64,000 nt of DNA from Candidatus Desulfobacillus denitrificans (GTDB taxonomy: Bacteria > Pseudomonadota > Gammaproteobacteria > Burkholderiales > Rhodocyclaceae): the NCBI GenBank assembly GCA_017347485.1, contig AP021857.1:1219390-1283389 (forward strand), written 5' to 3'. Both the position numbers and the translations under genes were made by a program. The notes below the pieces were generated by a model, which did not search any database, was not told where the DNA came from, and saw only the letters and a list, made by a program, of their open reading frames with translations. Of the stretch, positions 1 to 14,384 are shown piece after piece (position 1 is the stretch's first letter; every line of letters starts with the position of its first letter).

Positions 1-862
<862 letters not shown>

Positions 863-871
863 GCGACGGCC

Positions 872-1150
872 GTGAGGTGGCCAACCATCGTGCTGGTCAT
901 CCTCATTGCCTTGCTGCAGTATCCGCTGTGGCTGGGCAAGGGCGGCTGGCTCAGGGTGTGGGAGGTCGACCGCCAGCTGGCTGCCCAGCGCGAGGTCAAC
1001 CAGAAGCTGGAAACCCGTAATGCCGGCCTCGACGCCGAGGTGCGCGACCTGAAAAGCGGCTACGAGGCCATCGAGGAGCGCGCCCGCTACGAATTGGGCT
1101 ACATCAAGCCGGACGAGGTCTTCGTCCAGGTGCCGCAGAAGAATCCCTGA
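872..1150 (+). CDS. ftsB: Cell division protein FtsB
   Basis: N-terminal [13 protein letters not shown], coiled coil, EERARYELG; conserved eno-ftsB order. Confidence 0.95.
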   Translation: MRWPTIVLVILIALLQYPLWLGKGGWLRVWEVDRQLAAQREVNQKLETRNAGLDAEVRDLKSGYEAIEERARYELGYIKPDEVFVQVPQKNP

Positions 1151-1207
1151 CGACAAGCCGGCGAGAAACGGATCGGGCTGGCCGGCGTTCGTATGGCCCG
1201 ATCAGGA

Positions 1208-1231
1208 AAAGTCAGTCCCCGCCGGACGGCG
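1208..1231 (+). repeat. Bipartite motif AAAGTCAGTC-N8-ACGGCG, perfect, intergenic
   Basis: AAAGTCAGTC CCCGCCGG ACGGCG. Confidence 0.9.
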
Positions 1232-1267
1232 TCATTGGCACGGCGGGCAAGGATCCGGGCGTTCCGG

Positions 1268-2035
1268 TCATTTTCCGCCCTTGATGGCGTACTGCATGCC
1301 GCCCTTGCCGTCCGGGGTGAACACGATGGTCAGTTCGACATCGTGGCCGCAGCCGCGGAAAGTCCACGCTTCCTCCCAGTGGCCGGCGGGCTGGTCGGCC
1401 TCCTTCGGCTCGCGCGGCGGGTGGGTGAGGCGGGTGTCGATCAGATCGGCTTCCTTGCACGCCTTGCTTCGTTTCGCCAGCCGTGCCAGGGCGGCGGGGG
1501 CCGCCGCCTTCAGGCCCTCGGCGATCTGCTGCATGGAAGCGTTCGTGGTACCTGGGATTTGCGGCCGCGCTTCGGGTTTTTCGCCCCTGCGCGCGACGAA
1601 GACGGCATTGTAGGTCATGCGCTTGCCGCAGCGCTCGAAGACGTAGCGATGCTGCCAGCTCCCCGCGATGGGGTGAGGCTGGCCGCCGGGGAACTCGATG
1701 CCCCTGAGCAGAAACAGGTTGAGCGGCTGGATGTTGTAGGGGCCCTTGCAGTCTTGCTGCAGGCCGAGCTTCCTGTCCCATTCGCGGCCGGTTTCATACA
1801 GGGCGGCGATCTGCTCCTTGCCGTAGAGGTAGGCGGTCAGGCGCGAAGGCTGGCGGCCGTCTTCCGATTCGGCGGCGGAGGCTGGGGCGGTTACCGGGGC
1901 GGGGGCGCTTGCCGGAGCGCCCGGCGGTTCTTTCTTGCCACAGGCGGACAGGCATGCGCAGACCGTGACGACCGGCGCAACGGCGGCAAGCCATCCTGTC
2001 CTGGGAAGGGAGGCGCTTCGGCTTGCCGTCGTCAT
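1268..2035 (-). CDS. Hypothetical lipoprotein (about 255 aa)
   Basis: ATG at 2035, signal peptide with LSAC lipobox, Pro/Ala linker, two similar W-x(6)-CG segments. Confidence 0.75.
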   Translation of the reverse strand: MTTASRSASLPRTGWLAAVAPVVTVCACLSACGKKEPPGAPASAPAPVTAPASAAESEDGRQPSRLTAYLYGKEQIAALYETGREWDRKLGLQQDCKGPYNIQPLNLFLLRGIEFPGGQPHPIAGSWQHRYVFERCGKRMTYNAVFVARRGEKPEARPQIPGTTNASMQQIAEGLKAAAPAALARLAKRSKACKEADLIDTRLTHPPREPKEADQPAGHWEEAWTFRGCGHDVELTIVFTPDGKGGMQYAIKGGK

Positions 2036-2049
2036 CGGCGCAGTTTGGC

Positions 2050-2577
2050 CTACTCGGGCAGGGGTTGCAACTCCCGCCGATAGCGCTCGGCGCGTTCGCT
2101 GTATTGCCGGCAGCCGAGGCGTATCGCCGCCGCCTCCTCGTCGGAGAGTTGCCGCACCACCTTGCCCGGCGAACCGAGCACCAGGGAACGATCGGGAATG
2201 ACCTTGCCTTCCGGAACGAGCGCGCCTGCGCCGATCAGGCATTCCTTGCCGATCACCGCGCCGTTGAGGACCACCGCCTGGATGCCGACCAGCGAGCCCT
2301 CGCCGATGGTGCAGCCATGCAGCATGGCCTGGTGGCCGACCAGCACCCGGCCAGACAGCGTTAGGGGAAAGCCCGGATCGGCATGCAGCACGGCGCCGTC
2401 CTGCACGTTGCTGCCGGCGCCGATGGTGATGAGGTCGCTGTCGCCGCGGAGGACGGCGCCGAACCAGACGCTGGCGCCGTCCTCCAGCACCACCGTGCCG
2501 ATCACCGAGGCGCTTTGCGCGACCCAGGCATTGCCGCGCAGTTCGGGCCTGCGCTCGCCCAGTGCGTACAGCGCCAT
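2050..2577 (-). CDS. Gamma carbonic anhydrase family (YrdA/PaaY-like hexapeptide repeat) protein
   Basis: [30 protein letters not shown] motifs. Confidence 0.93.
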   Translation of the reverse strand: MALYALGERRPELRGNAWVAQSASVIGTVVLEDGASVWFGAVLRGDSDLITIGAGSNVQDGAVLHADPGFPLTLSGRVLVGHQAMLHGCTIGEGSLVGIQAVVLNGAVIGKECLIGAGALVPEGKVIPDRSLVLGSPGKVVRQLSDEEAAAIRLGCRQYSERAERYRRELQPLPE

Positions 2578-2578
2578 G

Positions 2579-5416
<2,838 letters not shown>

Positions 5417-5418
5417 GA

Positions 5419-5802
5419 TTATTCTTCGGCAGCGACCTTGGCGTAGGCGGCGGCGTCGAGCAGGCCGTCCAGGTCGGCGGCGTTGTCCGGCTTCAGCTTG
5501 AACAGCCAGGCGGCGTAGGCGTCCTGGTTCACCGACTCCGGCGCGTCGGCGGCGGCCTGGTTGACGGCGACCACCTCGCCGCCGATCGGCGCGTAGATGT
5601 CGGAGGCGGCCTTGACGGATTCGACCACGGCGCATTCCTCGCCGGCCTTCACCTTGCGGCCGACCGCGGGCAGTTCGAGGAAGACGATGTCGCCGAGCGC
5701 CTCCTGGGCGTGGTCGGAAATGCCGACGGTGACGAGGCCGTCGGAGGCTAAGCGGGCCCACTCGTGGGACTTGGCGTATTTCAGGTCGGCGGGGATGTTC
5801 AT
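5419..5802 (-). CDS. gcvH: Glycine cleavage system H protein
   Basis: [21 protein letters not shown] lipoyl-lysine motif. Confidence 0.98.
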   Translation of the reverse strand: MNIPADLKYAKSHEWARLASDGLVTVGISDHAQEALGDIVFLELPAVGRKVKAGEECAVVESVKAASDIYAPIGGEVVAVNQAAADAPESVNQDAYAAWLFKLKPDNAADLDGLLDAAAYAKVAAEE

Positions 5803-5819
5803 GTTTTTCTCCAGAGTAG

Positions 5820-6887
5820 TTAAACCAAGACTTTTCCGTTGCGCACGAAGGGCGGCTTGACCACCGTCGCCTTCAGGCGCTTGTCGCGAATCTCCACCTC
5901 GACCGTGTCGCCGACGGCGCAGGCGGCCGGCAGGCGCGCCAGGGCGATCGAGCGGTTCATGCTCGGCGAGAAGCTGCCGCTGGTGATCTCGCCTTCGCCC
6001 TGGGCGGCAAAGACTTTCTGGTGGGCGCGCAGCACGCCGCGGTCCTCGAGCAGCAGGCCGAGGGTCTGTCGCTCGGGGCGCCGTGCCGCCAGGACTGACT
6101 TTCCGGCGAAGTCGCGCGGGGCGTCGAGGTCGACCGTCCACGCCAGCCCCGCTTCCAGCGGCGAGGTCTGCTCGTCCATGTCCTGGCCGTAGAGCGGCAT
6201 GCCGGCTTCCAGCCGCAGCGTGTCGCGCGCGCCGAGGCCGGCGGGTTTCACGCCGGCGGCGAGCAGGGCGTTCCAGGCGGCTTCGGCACGGCCGGCGGGA
6301 ATCATCAGCTCGAAGCCGTCCTCGCCGGTGTAGCCGGTGCGGGCGATCAGCGCGTCGCCGAACCAGGCGGCGTGGAAGGGCTTCAGCCCGCTGCTGGCGG
6401 CTTCCGAGCCGGGCAGGGCGGCCCAGGTCTTGGCGCGGGCGTTCGGACCCTGCACGGCGATCATGGCGAGGTCGCGGCGCGGCTTCACTTGCACGCTGCC
6501 GGCATGCTGCGCGATCCAGGCGAGGTCCTTGTCGGCGGTGCCGGCGTTGACGACGACGCGGTAGAAGTCCGGCCGGAAGAAGTACACGATCAGATCGTCG
6601 ATGACGCCGCCCTGCGCGTTGAGCATGCAGGAGTACAGCGCGCGGCCCGGCACGGTCAGCTTGTCGACGTTGTTGGCGATGAGCCTGTGCAGCAGGTCGT
6701 GGGCGCCGGCGCCTTCGAGGTCGAGGGCGAGCATGTGCGAGACGTCGAACATGCCGGCGTCGCGGCGCACGAGGTGGTGTTCCTCGACCTGGGAGCCGTA
6801 ATGCAGCGGCATGTCCCAGCCGGCGAAGTCGACCATCTTGCCGCCGAGGCGGACGTGGGTGGCGTAAAGCGGAGTTTGTTTGGTCAT
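5820..6887 (-). CDS. gcvT: Glycine cleavage aminomethyltransferase T
   Basis: [41 protein letters not shown]. Confidence 0.98.
   Translation of the reverse strand: MTKQTPLYATHVRLGGKMVDFAGWDMPLHYGSQVEEHHLVRRDAGMFDVSHMLALDLEGAGAHDLLHRLIANNVDKLTVPGRALYSCMLNAQGGVIDDLIVYFFRPDFYRVVVNAGTADKDLAWIAQHAGSVQVKPRRDLAMIAVQGPNARAKTWAALPGSEAASSGLKPFHAAWFGDALIARTGYTGEDGFELMIPAGRAEAAWNALLAAGVKPAGLGARDTLRLEAGMPLYGQDMDEQTSPLEAGLAWTVDLDAPRDFAGKSVLAARRPERQTLGLLLEDRGVLRAHQKVFAAQGEGEITSGSFSPSMNRSIALARLPAACAVGDTVEVEIRDKRLKATVVKPPFVRNGKVLV
6079..6102 (-). repeat. Bipartite motif, perfect, in gcvT
   Basis: AAAGTCAGTC CTGGCGGC ACGGCG; encodes KSVLAARR. Confidence 0.9.
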
Positions 6888-6927
6888 AGATACTTGGGTC
6901 GCGTTATTCGAGTTCTTTCACGCAATG

Positions 6928-6958
6928 AAAAAGGGGCGAAGCGTTTCGCTTCACCCCT
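6928..6958 (-). terminator. Intrinsic terminator of the glycine riboswitch expression platform
   Basis: Minus strand AGGGGTGAAGCG-AAA-CGCTTCGCCCCT followed by TTTTT; 5' arm overlaps the 3' end of aptamer 2. Confidence 0.85.
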
Positions 6959-7142
6959 CTGTCCCTTGTACCTGAGAGATTGCCGCCGTGTTTCCGCAGC
7001 GTGCCCCTTCGGTGGATGGGTGCTCTGTCGCCCCATCGCTCTCCAGAGTGTTCGTGCCCTCGCGCAGCCCTTTTGCCTGAGCGGTTCCGGGTGTTGCGCC
7101 TTCGGCGGCGGCCTTGTTCCATTTGCCGCTCTCTCCCGCGCG
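6955..7142 (-). ncRNA. Tandem glycine riboswitch
   Basis: Two aptamers on the minus strand, each GGAGAG...CCGAAGG...CTCAGG (CGCTCAGGCAAAAGG and CTCTCAGGTACAAGGGACAGAGG), directly upstream of gcvT. Confidence 0.95.
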
Positions 7143-7211
7143 AGCGGTGCGACTATAGCTTGCGGCTGCAGCCGCAAGCAAGTGGAAATCATCGGTTATG
7201 ATTCGCGTCTC

Positions 7212-8075
7212 ATGAAATCAAGCACTTCCGAATTCCTGACGATCCGCGGGCTGAAAGGCCACGTATGCCTGTGGGGGCCGGCCGACGCGCCGAAGCTCTT
7301 CCTCCTGCACGGCTGGATGGATTGCTCCGCCTCGTTCCAGTTCCTCGTCGATGCCTTTTCGCGCGACTGGCGCGTCATCGCCCCCGACTGGCGCGGCTTC
7401 GGCCGGTCGGAGTGGCTCAACCATCCCTACTGGTTTCCCGACTACCTCGCCGACCTCGATCGGTTGCTCGACCATTATTCGCCGGACGAACCGGCGCGCC
7501 TGGTCGGCCACAGCATGGGCGGCAACATCGTCGGACTGTATGCCGGCGTGCGCCCCGCCCGCGTGGCGAAACTGGTGATCCTGGAAGGCTTCGGCCTGCA
7601 CCCGACTGACCCGGCGCAAGCACCGGGACGCTACGCCAAGTGGCTCGACCAGGACAAGGCCGGCGCCTCTCTGCGCGACTATGCCGACCTTGGTGAATTC
7701 GCCGCTCGCCTGAGGCGCGACAACCCGCGCCTGGCGCAGGCGCAGGCCGATTTCCTCGCCGCCAATTTCTCGCAGCGCCGGCCCGACGGCCGCATCGGCT
7801 ATGCCGCCGACCCCTGGCACCGCGTCACCAACCCGGTGCTCTACCGCTTCGAGGAGGCGAGGGCCTGCTGGCGCGCCGTGACGGCGCCGGTGCTGTGGGT
7901 GGTGGCGCGCGAATCGCACCTTTACAAGGAGTTCGCCGGGCGCGCCGAGGACTATGCGGCGCGGCTCGCCGGCTTCCGCGACCTGCGCGAGGCGGTGCTC
8001 GACGACTGCGGCCACATGCTGCACCACGACCAGCCGCAACGTCTGGCGGCGCTGCTCGAAGAATTCCTCGGGTAA
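7212..8075 (+). CDS. Alpha/beta fold hydrolase
   Basis: LLHGWMD, APDWRGFGRS, GHSMGG nucleophile elbow, CGHMLHH. Confidence 0.92.
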   Translation: MKSSTSEFLTIRGLKGHVCLWGPADAPKLFLLHGWMDCSASFQFLVDAFSRDWRVIAPDWRGFGRSEWLNHPYWFPDYLADLDRLLDHYSPDEPARLVGHSMGGNIVGLYAGVRPARVAKLVILEGFGLHPTDPAQAPGRYAKWLDQDKAGASLRDYADLGEFAARLRRDNPRLAQAQADFLAANFSQRRPDGRIGYAADPWHRVTNPVLYRFEEARACWRAVTAPVLWVVARESHLYKEFAGRAEDYAARLAGFRDLREAVLDDCGHMLHHDQPQRLAALLEEFLG

Positions 8076-8084
8076 CATCGTCGC

Positions 8085-8918
8085 ATGAAAGCCGACCTGC
8101 ATTGCCATTCCACCATCTCCGACGGCCTGCTGCCGCCGGCGGAGGTGGCCCGACGCGCCGCCGACCGCGGCCTCGAGCTGTGGTCGCTGACCGACCACGA
8201 CGACGTGGCGGGACTGGCGGAGGCGCGCGCCGTCGCCGAAGAACGCGGCCTGCGCTTTCTCGACGGCAGCGAAATCTCGGTGTCCTGGCGCGACGATGCC
8301 AGCTTCCACGTCGTTGGCCTCGGCATCGATCCGGCCCATCCGGCGCTGGTCGCCGGGCTGAAGGCGATCCGCGACGGCCGCGACGGCCGCGCCCGGCGCA
8401 TCGGCGATGAACTCGAAAAGATCGGCATCCACGGCGCCTACGCAGGCGCGGCGCGCTACGCCGAGAAGGCCTCCATCATCAGCCGCGCCCACTTCGCCCG
8501 CTTCCTCGTCGAGCGCAAGATCTCGCCGGACGTGAAGAGCGTCTTCGACCACTATCTCGCCAAGGGCAAACCCGGCTATGTGCCGCACGAATGGGCGACG
8601 CTGGAAGATGCGTTGTGCTGGATCGGCGATGCCGGCGGCGTGGCGGTGCTGGCGCATCCGCTGCGCTACCGCGTCAGCCGCGACGAACTGCGCACCTTCC
8701 TCGGCGAATTCAAGGACCGTGGTGGCCAGGGGATCGAGGTCGCCTGCGGGGCACACACGCCAGAGGAGGTGCACGACTGCGCCCGCCTGGCGCGGCACTA
8801 CGGTCTGAAGGCCTCCGTCGCCTCCGACTTCCATGGCCCCGGCGAGAGCCATGCCGACCTCGGCATGACGCCGCCGCTGCCCGACGACCTGGTACCGATC
8901 TGGGCTGAGTTGCTCTGA
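8085..8918 (+). CDS. PHP-domain 3',5'-nucleoside bisphosphate phosphatase (YciV/TrpH family)
   Basis: DLHCHSTISDG, LTDHD, LAHP, ASDFHG. Confidence 0.93.
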   Translation: MKADLHCHSTISDGLLPPAEVARRAADRGLELWSLTDHDDVAGLAEARAVAEERGLRFLDGSEISVSWRDDASFHVVGLGIDPAHPALVAGLKAIRDGRDGRARRIGDELEKIGIHGAYAGAARYAEKASIISRAHFARFLVERKISPDVKSVFDHYLAKGKPGYVPHEWATLEDALCWIGDAGGVAVLAHPLRYRVSRDELRTFLGEFKDRGGQGIEVACGAHTPEEVHDCARLARHYGLKASVASDFHGPGESHADLGMTPPLPDDLVPIWAELL

Positions 8919-8925
8919 GCGATCC

Positions 8926-9552
8926 ATGGCGCAGTTCTTTTCCGTCCATCCCGAGCAGCCGCAGCCGCGCCTGATTCGCCAGGCTGCGGAGATTTTGCGC
9001 GACGGCGGGATCGTGGCCTTCCCGACGGATGCGGCGTATTCGCTCGGCTGCCGCGTCGGCGACGCCGATGCGGTGGCGCGCATCCGCGCCATCCGTGAAG
9101 TGGACGAACGCCACCACTTCACGCTGATGTGCCGCGACCTCTCCGAGATCGCCATCTACGCGCGGGTGGACAACGCCCAGTTCCGCCTGCTCAAGGCGAC
9201 CACGCCGGGCAGCTATACCTTCATCCTGGAAGGCACCAAGGAATTGCCGCGGCGCATCCTGCATCCGAAGCGCAAGACCATCGGCCTGCGCGTGCCGGAT
9301 CATGCCGTGCCGCTGGCGCTGCTCGAAGAACTGAACGAGCCGATGCTCACCTCGACCCTCCTGCTGCCCGGCGACGATCTGCCGCTGAACGACCCGGAGG
9401 AGATCCGCGACCGCATCGAGAAGCGCATCGACCTCGTCGTCGAGTGCGGCGCCTGCGGCCTGGAGATGACCACCATCGTCGACCTCACCGGGCCGGCGCC
9501 CGAGCTGGTGCGCGCCGGCCGCGGCGCCCTCGAGCCGCTGGGGTTGGTCTAA
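8926..9552 (+). CDS. yciO: Sua5/YciO/YrdC family protein
   Basis: PTDAAYSLGC, TPGSYTFIL, RKTIGLRVP. Confidence 0.9.
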   Translation: MAQFFSVHPEQPQPRLIRQAAEILRDGGIVAFPTDAAYSLGCRVGDADAVARIRAIREVDERHHFTLMCRDLSEIAIYARVDNAQFRLLKATTPGSYTFILEGTKELPRRILHPKRKTIGLRVPDHAVPLALLEELNEPMLTSTLLLPGDDLPLNDPEEIRDRIEKRIDLVVECGACGLEMTTIVDLTGPAPELVRAGRGALEPLGLV

Positions 9553-9580
9553 GCCGGTCTGGTAGAATGACCGGCTTATC

Positions 9581-10240
9581 ATGGACGCCCTGATCCAGAC
9601 TCTGGCGATTTACGCCATTCCGGTCCTCCTCGCCATCACCCTGCACGAAGCCGCCCATGGTTACGTGGCGCGGCATTTCGGCGACCCGACGGCCTACCTG
9701 GCGGGGCGCATCAGCCTGAATCCGCTGCGCCACGTCGATCCGGTCGGCACCATCCTGGTGCCCGGCGCCATCCTGGTGGCAAGCAAGCTGATCGGTGGCA
9801 GCGCCATGCTGTTCGGCTGGGCCAAGCCGGTGCCGGTGGATTTCGCGCGGCTGCGCCACCCGAAAAAGGACATGCTGTGGGTGGCGGCGGCCGGGCCGTT
9901 CGCCAACCTGCTGATGGCCCTCGGCTGGGCGATGCTGATCAAGATCGCCAGCATCGCCCCGGAGAACGTATATACCGTGCCGATGGTCAGGATGGGGCTG
10001 GCCGGCATCGAGATCAACGCCGTGCTGATGCTGCTCAACCTGCTGCCGATTCCGCCGCTCGACGGCGGGCGCATCGCCGTGAGCCTGCTGCCGCACCGCC
10101 TGGCCTGGCAGTTTGCCAAGCTCGAGCCCTATGGGCTGGCCATTCTGCTGGTATTGCTGTTCACCGATATACTCGGCGTCATATTGTGGCCGCTGATGAC
10201 GGGTTTCCGCCACCTGCTGGCCGTCCTTTTTCAGTTCTAA
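9581..10240 (+). CDS. Site-2 protease (M50) family membrane protein
   Basis: HEAAH zinc motif and NLLPIPPLDG. Confidence 0.93.
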   Translation: MDALIQTLAIYAIPVLLAITLHEAAHGYVARHFGDPTAYLAGRISLNPLRHVDPVGTILVPGAILVASKLIGGSAMLFGWAKPVPVDFARLRHPKKDMLWVAAAGPFANLLMALGWAMLIKIASIAPENVYTVPMVRMGLAGIEINAVLMLLNLLPIPPLDGGRIAVSLLPHRLAWQFAKLEPYGLAILLVLLFTDILGVILWPLMTGFRHLLAVLFQF

Positions 10241-10250
10241 ACCCAAAACC

Positions 10251-11453
10251 ATGTACGCAGAAAGAGTCCTCTCCGGCATGCGCCCCACCGGGCGCCTCCA
10301 CCTCGGCCACTACCACGGCGTTTTGAAAAACTGGGTCAAGCTGCAGAACGAGTATCCCTGCCTGTTCTTCGTCGCCGACTGGCATGCGCTGACCACCGCC
10401 TACGACGAGCCGGGCACCATCGAGGAGAACACCTGGGAAATGGTCATCGACTGGCTGGCGGCCGGCGTCGATCCCGCGCAGGCGACGCTGTTCATCCAGT
10501 CGCGCGTGCTGGAGCATGCCGAGTTGCACCTGCTGCTGTCGATGATGACGCCGCTGAGCTGGCTCGAACGCGTGCCGACCTACAAGGACCAGCAGGAAAA
10601 ACTGGAGCACAAGGATCTGTCGACCTACGGTTTTCTCGGCTATCCGCTGCTGCAATCGGCCGACATCCTCATCTACCGAGCCAACCGGGTACCGGTGGGC
10701 GAGGACCAGGTGCCGCACATCGAGTTCTCGCGCGAGATCGCCCGGCGCTTCAACCACCTCTACGGCCGCGAGCCGGATTTCGAGGCCAAGGCGCGCGCCG
10801 CCGTCAAGCTGCTCGGCGCCAAGCGCGCCAGGGAGTACGAGGAACTGCGCACGCGCTTCCAGCAGGAGGGCGACCATCCGGCGCGGGAGCGCGCCCGCGT
10901 TCTGATCGAAGAGGCGCAGAACCTGTCCCATGAGGATCGCGAACGATTGTTCGGCTTCCTCGACGGGACGAGCAAGATGATCCTGGTGGAGCCCGGCGCG
11001 CTGCTGACGGAAGCGGCGAAGATGCCAGGCCTCGACGGCCGGAAAATGTCGAAGTCCTACAACAACACCATCCTGCTGCGCGAGAGCGCCGACTCGGTGA
11101 CGAAGAAAATCCGCACCATGCAGACCGATCCGGCGCGGGTGCGTCGCACCGATCCGGGCGAGCCGGAGCGCTGCCCGGTCTGGCAGTTTCACCTGGTGTA
11201 CTCCGACGAGGCCACCAAGCAGTGGGTGCAGCAGGGCTGCCGCAGCGCCGGCATCGGCTGCATCGAGTGCAAGCACCCGGTGATCGACGCCGTGCTGAAG
11301 GAGCAGGAGCCGATGCATGAGCGCGCCCAGGCCTACATCGACGACCCGGCCCTGGTGCGCAACATCATCGCCGACGGCTGCACCCGCGCCCGCCAACTCG
11401 CCGGCGAGACCATGCGCGACGTGCGCGAGGCCATGGGCCTGAACTACACCTGA
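10251..11453 (+). CDS. trpS: Tryptophan--tRNA ligase
   Basis: SGMRPTGRLHLGH (HIGH), GYPLLQSADI, KMSKS. Confidence 0.98.
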   Translation: MYAERVLSGMRPTGRLHLGHYHGVLKNWVKLQNEYPCLFFVADWHALTTAYDEPGTIEENTWEMVIDWLAAGVDPAQATLFIQSRVLEHAELHLLLSMMTPLSWLERVPTYKDQQEKLEHKDLSTYGFLGYPLLQSADILIYRANRVPVGEDQVPHIEFSREIARRFNHLYGREPDFEAKARAAVKLLGAKRAREYEELRTRFQQEGDHPARERARVLIEEAQNLSHEDRERLFGFLDGTSKMILVEPGALLTEAAKMPGLDGRKMSKSYNNTILLRESADSVTKKIRTMQTDPARVRRTDPGEPERCPVWQFHLVYSDEATKQWVQQGCRSAGIGCIECKHPVIDAVLKEQEPMHERAQAYIDDPALVRNIIADGCTRARQLAGETMRDVREAMGLNYT

Positions 11454-11461
11454 GACTGCGC

Positions 11462-11932
11462 ATGGCACACGGCAAGGATTTCGAAGCGAAGCTGCTGGCC
11501 TCGATCCACGAGGTCTTCGCCGAGAAGATACCGTTCAACAAGGTGCTCGGCCTGGACGTGGTGTCCCTATCCGGCGAAAGCCCGGTGCTGCGCTTCAATA
11601 TGCGGCCGGAACTGGTCGGCAACTTCATGCGCGGCAACCTGCACGGCGGCGTCATCTCCTCGGTGATCGACGTCTGCGGCGGCCTGACGGCCTTCCTTGG
11701 CCTGCAAAGGAAACTGCGCGACGAGCCGATCGAGGAGCGCCTGCAGCGCTTTGCACGCATCGGCACCATCGACATGCGCGTCGACTACCTTCGTCCCGGC
11801 CTCGGCCAGTGGTTCGAAGCGAAGGGCTGTATCCTGCGCACCGGCAACAAGGTGGCAGTGACGCGCATGGAACTGCACAACGACAGCGGCGACCTGATCG
11901 CCATCGGCACCGGCGCCTATACGGTTGCCTGA
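11462..11932 (+). CDS. PaaI/hotdog-fold thioesterase
   Basis: GNLHGGVISSVID, TIDMRVDYLRPG. Confidence 0.88.
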   Translation: MAHGKDFEAKLLASIHEVFAEKIPFNKVLGLDVVSLSGESPVLRFNMRPELVGNFMRGNLHGGVISSVIDVCGGLTAFLGLQRKLRDEPIEERLQRFARIGTIDMRVDYLRPGLGQWFEAKGCILRTGNKVAVTRMELHNDSGDLIAIGTGAYTVA

Positions 11933-11951
11933 CCGCTTGCCTGTACGACGC

Positions 11952-12809
11952 ATGGAAACAACCGCCCACGATACCGCGCAGACGCCGCCAGAGCCGGGCC
12001 ACGTCGCCAAGCTCTACGGCGAGCCGCTGCCCGAGCTGCCGAAGGACCTCTACATCCCGCCCGATGCGCTGGAGGTGTATCTGGAATCCTTCGAGGGGCC
12101 GCTCGACCTGCTGCTCTACATGATCCGCAAGGCCAACCTCAACATCCTCGACATCCCGATGGCGCCGCTGACTGCGCAGTACCTGGAATACGTCGAGGCG
12201 ATGCGCGCGCGCAATCTGGAGCTGGCGGCGGAATACCTGCTGATGGCGGCCATGCTGCTCGAGATCAAGTCGCGCATGCTGCTGCCCCGGCCGAAGAAGG
12301 TCGAGGAGGAGGAGGTGCTGGATCCGCGCGCGGAGCTGGTGCGTCGCCTGCTCGAATACGAGCAGATGAAGGCCGCCGCGGCGAAGATCGAGGCGCTGCC
12401 GCAGGCGATGCGCGACTACCAGTGGGTGTCGGTGTGGATCGCCGACGCGGCCGCCGAGCGCCTGCCGGAAGTCAACCTGCACGACCTGCAGGTGGCCTGG
12501 CTGTCGCTGATGAAGCACGCCAAGGTGATGCAGCACCACAAGGTGCGCCGCGAGGAGCTTTCCGTGCGCGAGCACATGAGCATCATCCTGCGCAAGCTGC
12601 AGGACGGTGCCTTTCACGAATTCGCCGGACTGTTCGATCTCACGCTCGGCGTCGCCGGCCTGGTGGTGAATTTCCTCGCCGTGCTCGAGCTCGTGCGCGA
12701 GCGCCTGATCGAGGTCACCCAGCGCGAGGTGTTCGCGCCCATCCATGTAAAATTGGCCCAATCCGAGACAGGACCGAACGATGTCGACGTCCCAACCGTA
12801 CACGCCTGA
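11952..12809 (+). CDS. scpA: Segregation and condensation protein A
   Basis: [35 protein letters not shown]. Confidence 0.96.
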   Translation: METTAHDTAQTPPEPGHVAKLYGEPLPELPKDLYIPPDALEVYLESFEGPLDLLLYMIRKANLNILDIPMAPLTAQYLEYVEAMRARNLELAAEYLLMAAMLLEIKSRMLLPRPKKVEEEEVLDPRAELVRRLLEYEQMKAAAAKIEALPQAMRDYQWVSVWIADAAAERLPEVNLHDLQVAWLSLMKHAKVMQHHKVRREELSVREHMSIILRKLQDGAFHEFAGLFDLTLGVAGLVVNFLAVLELVRERLIEVTQREVFAPIHVKLAQSETGPNDVDVPTVHA

Positions 12810-13347
12810 GGAATACAAGCGCATCCTGGAAACCGCGTTGCTGGTCGCGGCCGATCCGCTGTCGCTCACTGATTTGAAAAAACTCTTCGACGAGGAGTTC
12901 GACGACGATACCTGGCGCGTGCTGCTCAACGACATCCGCTCCGAGTGGTCGGATCGCGGCATCGAGCTGGTGCAGCTTGCCAGCGGTTGGCGCTTCCAAA
13001 CCAGGCCGGAGTACCAGACTTACCTAGACCGCCTCAAGAACGAGAAGCCTCCGCGCTATTCGCGCGCCGTGCTGGAGACCCTGGCCATCATCGCCTACCG
13101 CCAGCCGGTGACGCGCGGCGACATAGAGGACATCCGCGGCGTTGCGGTGACGCCCAACGTGCTGAAGGTGCTGGAGGGCCGGGGCTGGATCGATACCGTT
13201 GGCCATCGCGACACGCCGGGACGGCCGGCACTCTACGCGACCACCAAGCGCTTCCTCGACGACCTGCGCCTGCGCAGCCTGGCCGAGCTGCCGCCGCTTA
13301 CCGAAATCGAAAAGGTGATGGATCTTGCCGACGCCGCGCAAGCGTAG
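12781..13347 (+). CDS. scpB: Segregation and condensation protein B
   Basis: [34 protein letters not shown]. Confidence 0.96.
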   Translation: MSTSQPYTPEEYKRILETALLVAADPLSLTDLKKLFDEEFDDDTWRVLLNDIRSEWSDRGIELVQLASGWRFQTRPEYQTYLDRLKNEKPPRYSRAVLETLAIIAYRQPVTRGDIEDIRGVAVTPNVLKVLEGRGWIDTVGHRDTPGRPALYATTKRFLDDLRLRSLAELPPLTEIEKVMDLADAAQA

Positions 13348-14239
13348 CCCGTTCCGTCCGCCGGGAGGGCGGAACGACGAGCAGCCGAACGGCAACCGCG
13401 CCCGACCGAAGCGCCAGGAAGTTGACGGCAACCGCATCGCGCCTGATGAAAAGCCACGCCAGGGCAAGCGCCGCGGCCAGGCCCTGCGCCACGCCGTTCC
13501 CCATGCCGAGCCGCAGAAACTGCACAAGATGCTGGCCCAGGCCGGGCTCGGTTCGCGCCGCGAGCTCGAAGAGTGGATCGTCGCCGGCCGGGTCAGCGTG
13601 AACGGCAAGCCGGCCCACGTCGGCCAGCGCATCGGCCCGCAGGACCGGGTGCGGGTGAATGGCCGGCAGGTCAATTTGCGATTCGCCCCACGCACGCCGC
13701 GCGTGCTGCTCTATCACAAGCAGGAAGGCGAAATCGTCTCCCGCGACGACCCGGAAGGCCGGCCCAGCGTTTTCGACCGGCTGCCGCGCATCGGCGGCGG
13801 CCGCTGGGTTAACGTCGGGCGGCTCGACTTCAACACCGAAGGGTTGCTGATCTTCACCAGCAGCGGCGAACTGGCCAACAAGCTCATGCACCCGCGCTAC
13901 GAGCTCGAGCGGGAGTACGCCGTGCGGGTCATCGGCGAGTTGCAGCCGGAACAGGAGCAGGCCCTGCTCGACGGCATCGAGCTGGAAGATGGCGAGGCAC
14001 ACTTCAACACCCTCTTGTCGCGCGGCGGCGAGGGTACCAACCGCTGGTACCACGTCACCCTCAACGAGGGCCGCAACCGTGAGGTCCGCCGCCTGTTCGA
14101 GGCTATCGGGGTCCAGGTCAGCCGCCTGATCCGCATCCGCTTCGGCCCGGTGTCACTTCCGCCGCGCCTGAAGCGCGGCATGTGTCACGAGTTGGCCGAG
14201 GACGATGTCCGGGCCCTGCTCAAGATACTTCCGAAATGA
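13325..14239 (+). CDS. rluB: 23S rRNA pseudouridine synthase B
   Basis: S4 domain [35 protein letters not shown]; follows scpB. Confidence 0.9.
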   Translation: MPTPRKRSPFRPPGGRNDEQPNGNRARPKRQEVDGNRIAPDEKPRQGKRRGQALRHAVPHAEPQKLHKMLAQAGLGSRRELEEWIVAGRVSVNGKPAHVGQRIGPQDRVRVNGRQVNLRFAPRTPRVLLYHKQEGEIVSRDDPEGRPSVFDRLPRIGGGRWVNVGRLDFNTEGLLIFTSSGELANKLMHPRYELEREYAVRVIGELQPEQEQALLDGIELEDGEAHFNTLLSRGGEGTNRWYHVTLNEGRNREVRRLFEAIGVQVSRLIRIRFGPVSLPPRLKRGMCHELAEDDVRALLKILPK

Positions 14240-14257
14240 GGCAGACGCAGCAAGTAT

Positions 14258-14287
14258 TTGAAACTTGTCGATCTCCTCTGTTATAAT
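14258..14287 (+). promoter_or_regulatory. Sigma70 promoter of the rimP-nusA-infB operon
   Basis: TTGAAA-18 nt-TATAAT. Confidence 0.6.
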
Positions 14288-14347
14288 TCGAAAGTTTTCT
14301 GGTTCCGGGTCCTTTCCGGCGTATCGGGTGGGCTTGGGAACGCTGGG

Positions 14348-14369
14348 ATGGGCGTTTCGCCCATTTTTT
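14348..14369 (+). terminator. Terminator-like attenuator hairpin in the rimP leader
   Basis: ATGGGCG-TTT-CGCCCAT followed by a T-run, 15 nt before the rimP ATG. Confidence 0.7.
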
Positions 14370-14384
14370 ATTTGTGCGCCGTGC

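Noticed and set aside
7604-7613. Partial matches to the 10-mer (GACTGACCCG at 7604, GAAGTCAGCA at 19695, TCCGTCAGTC at 35264, GACTGAATAC at 43998)
   Set aside because: None has ACGGCG/CGCCGT at the 8-nt spacing, so they were not counted as motif copies.
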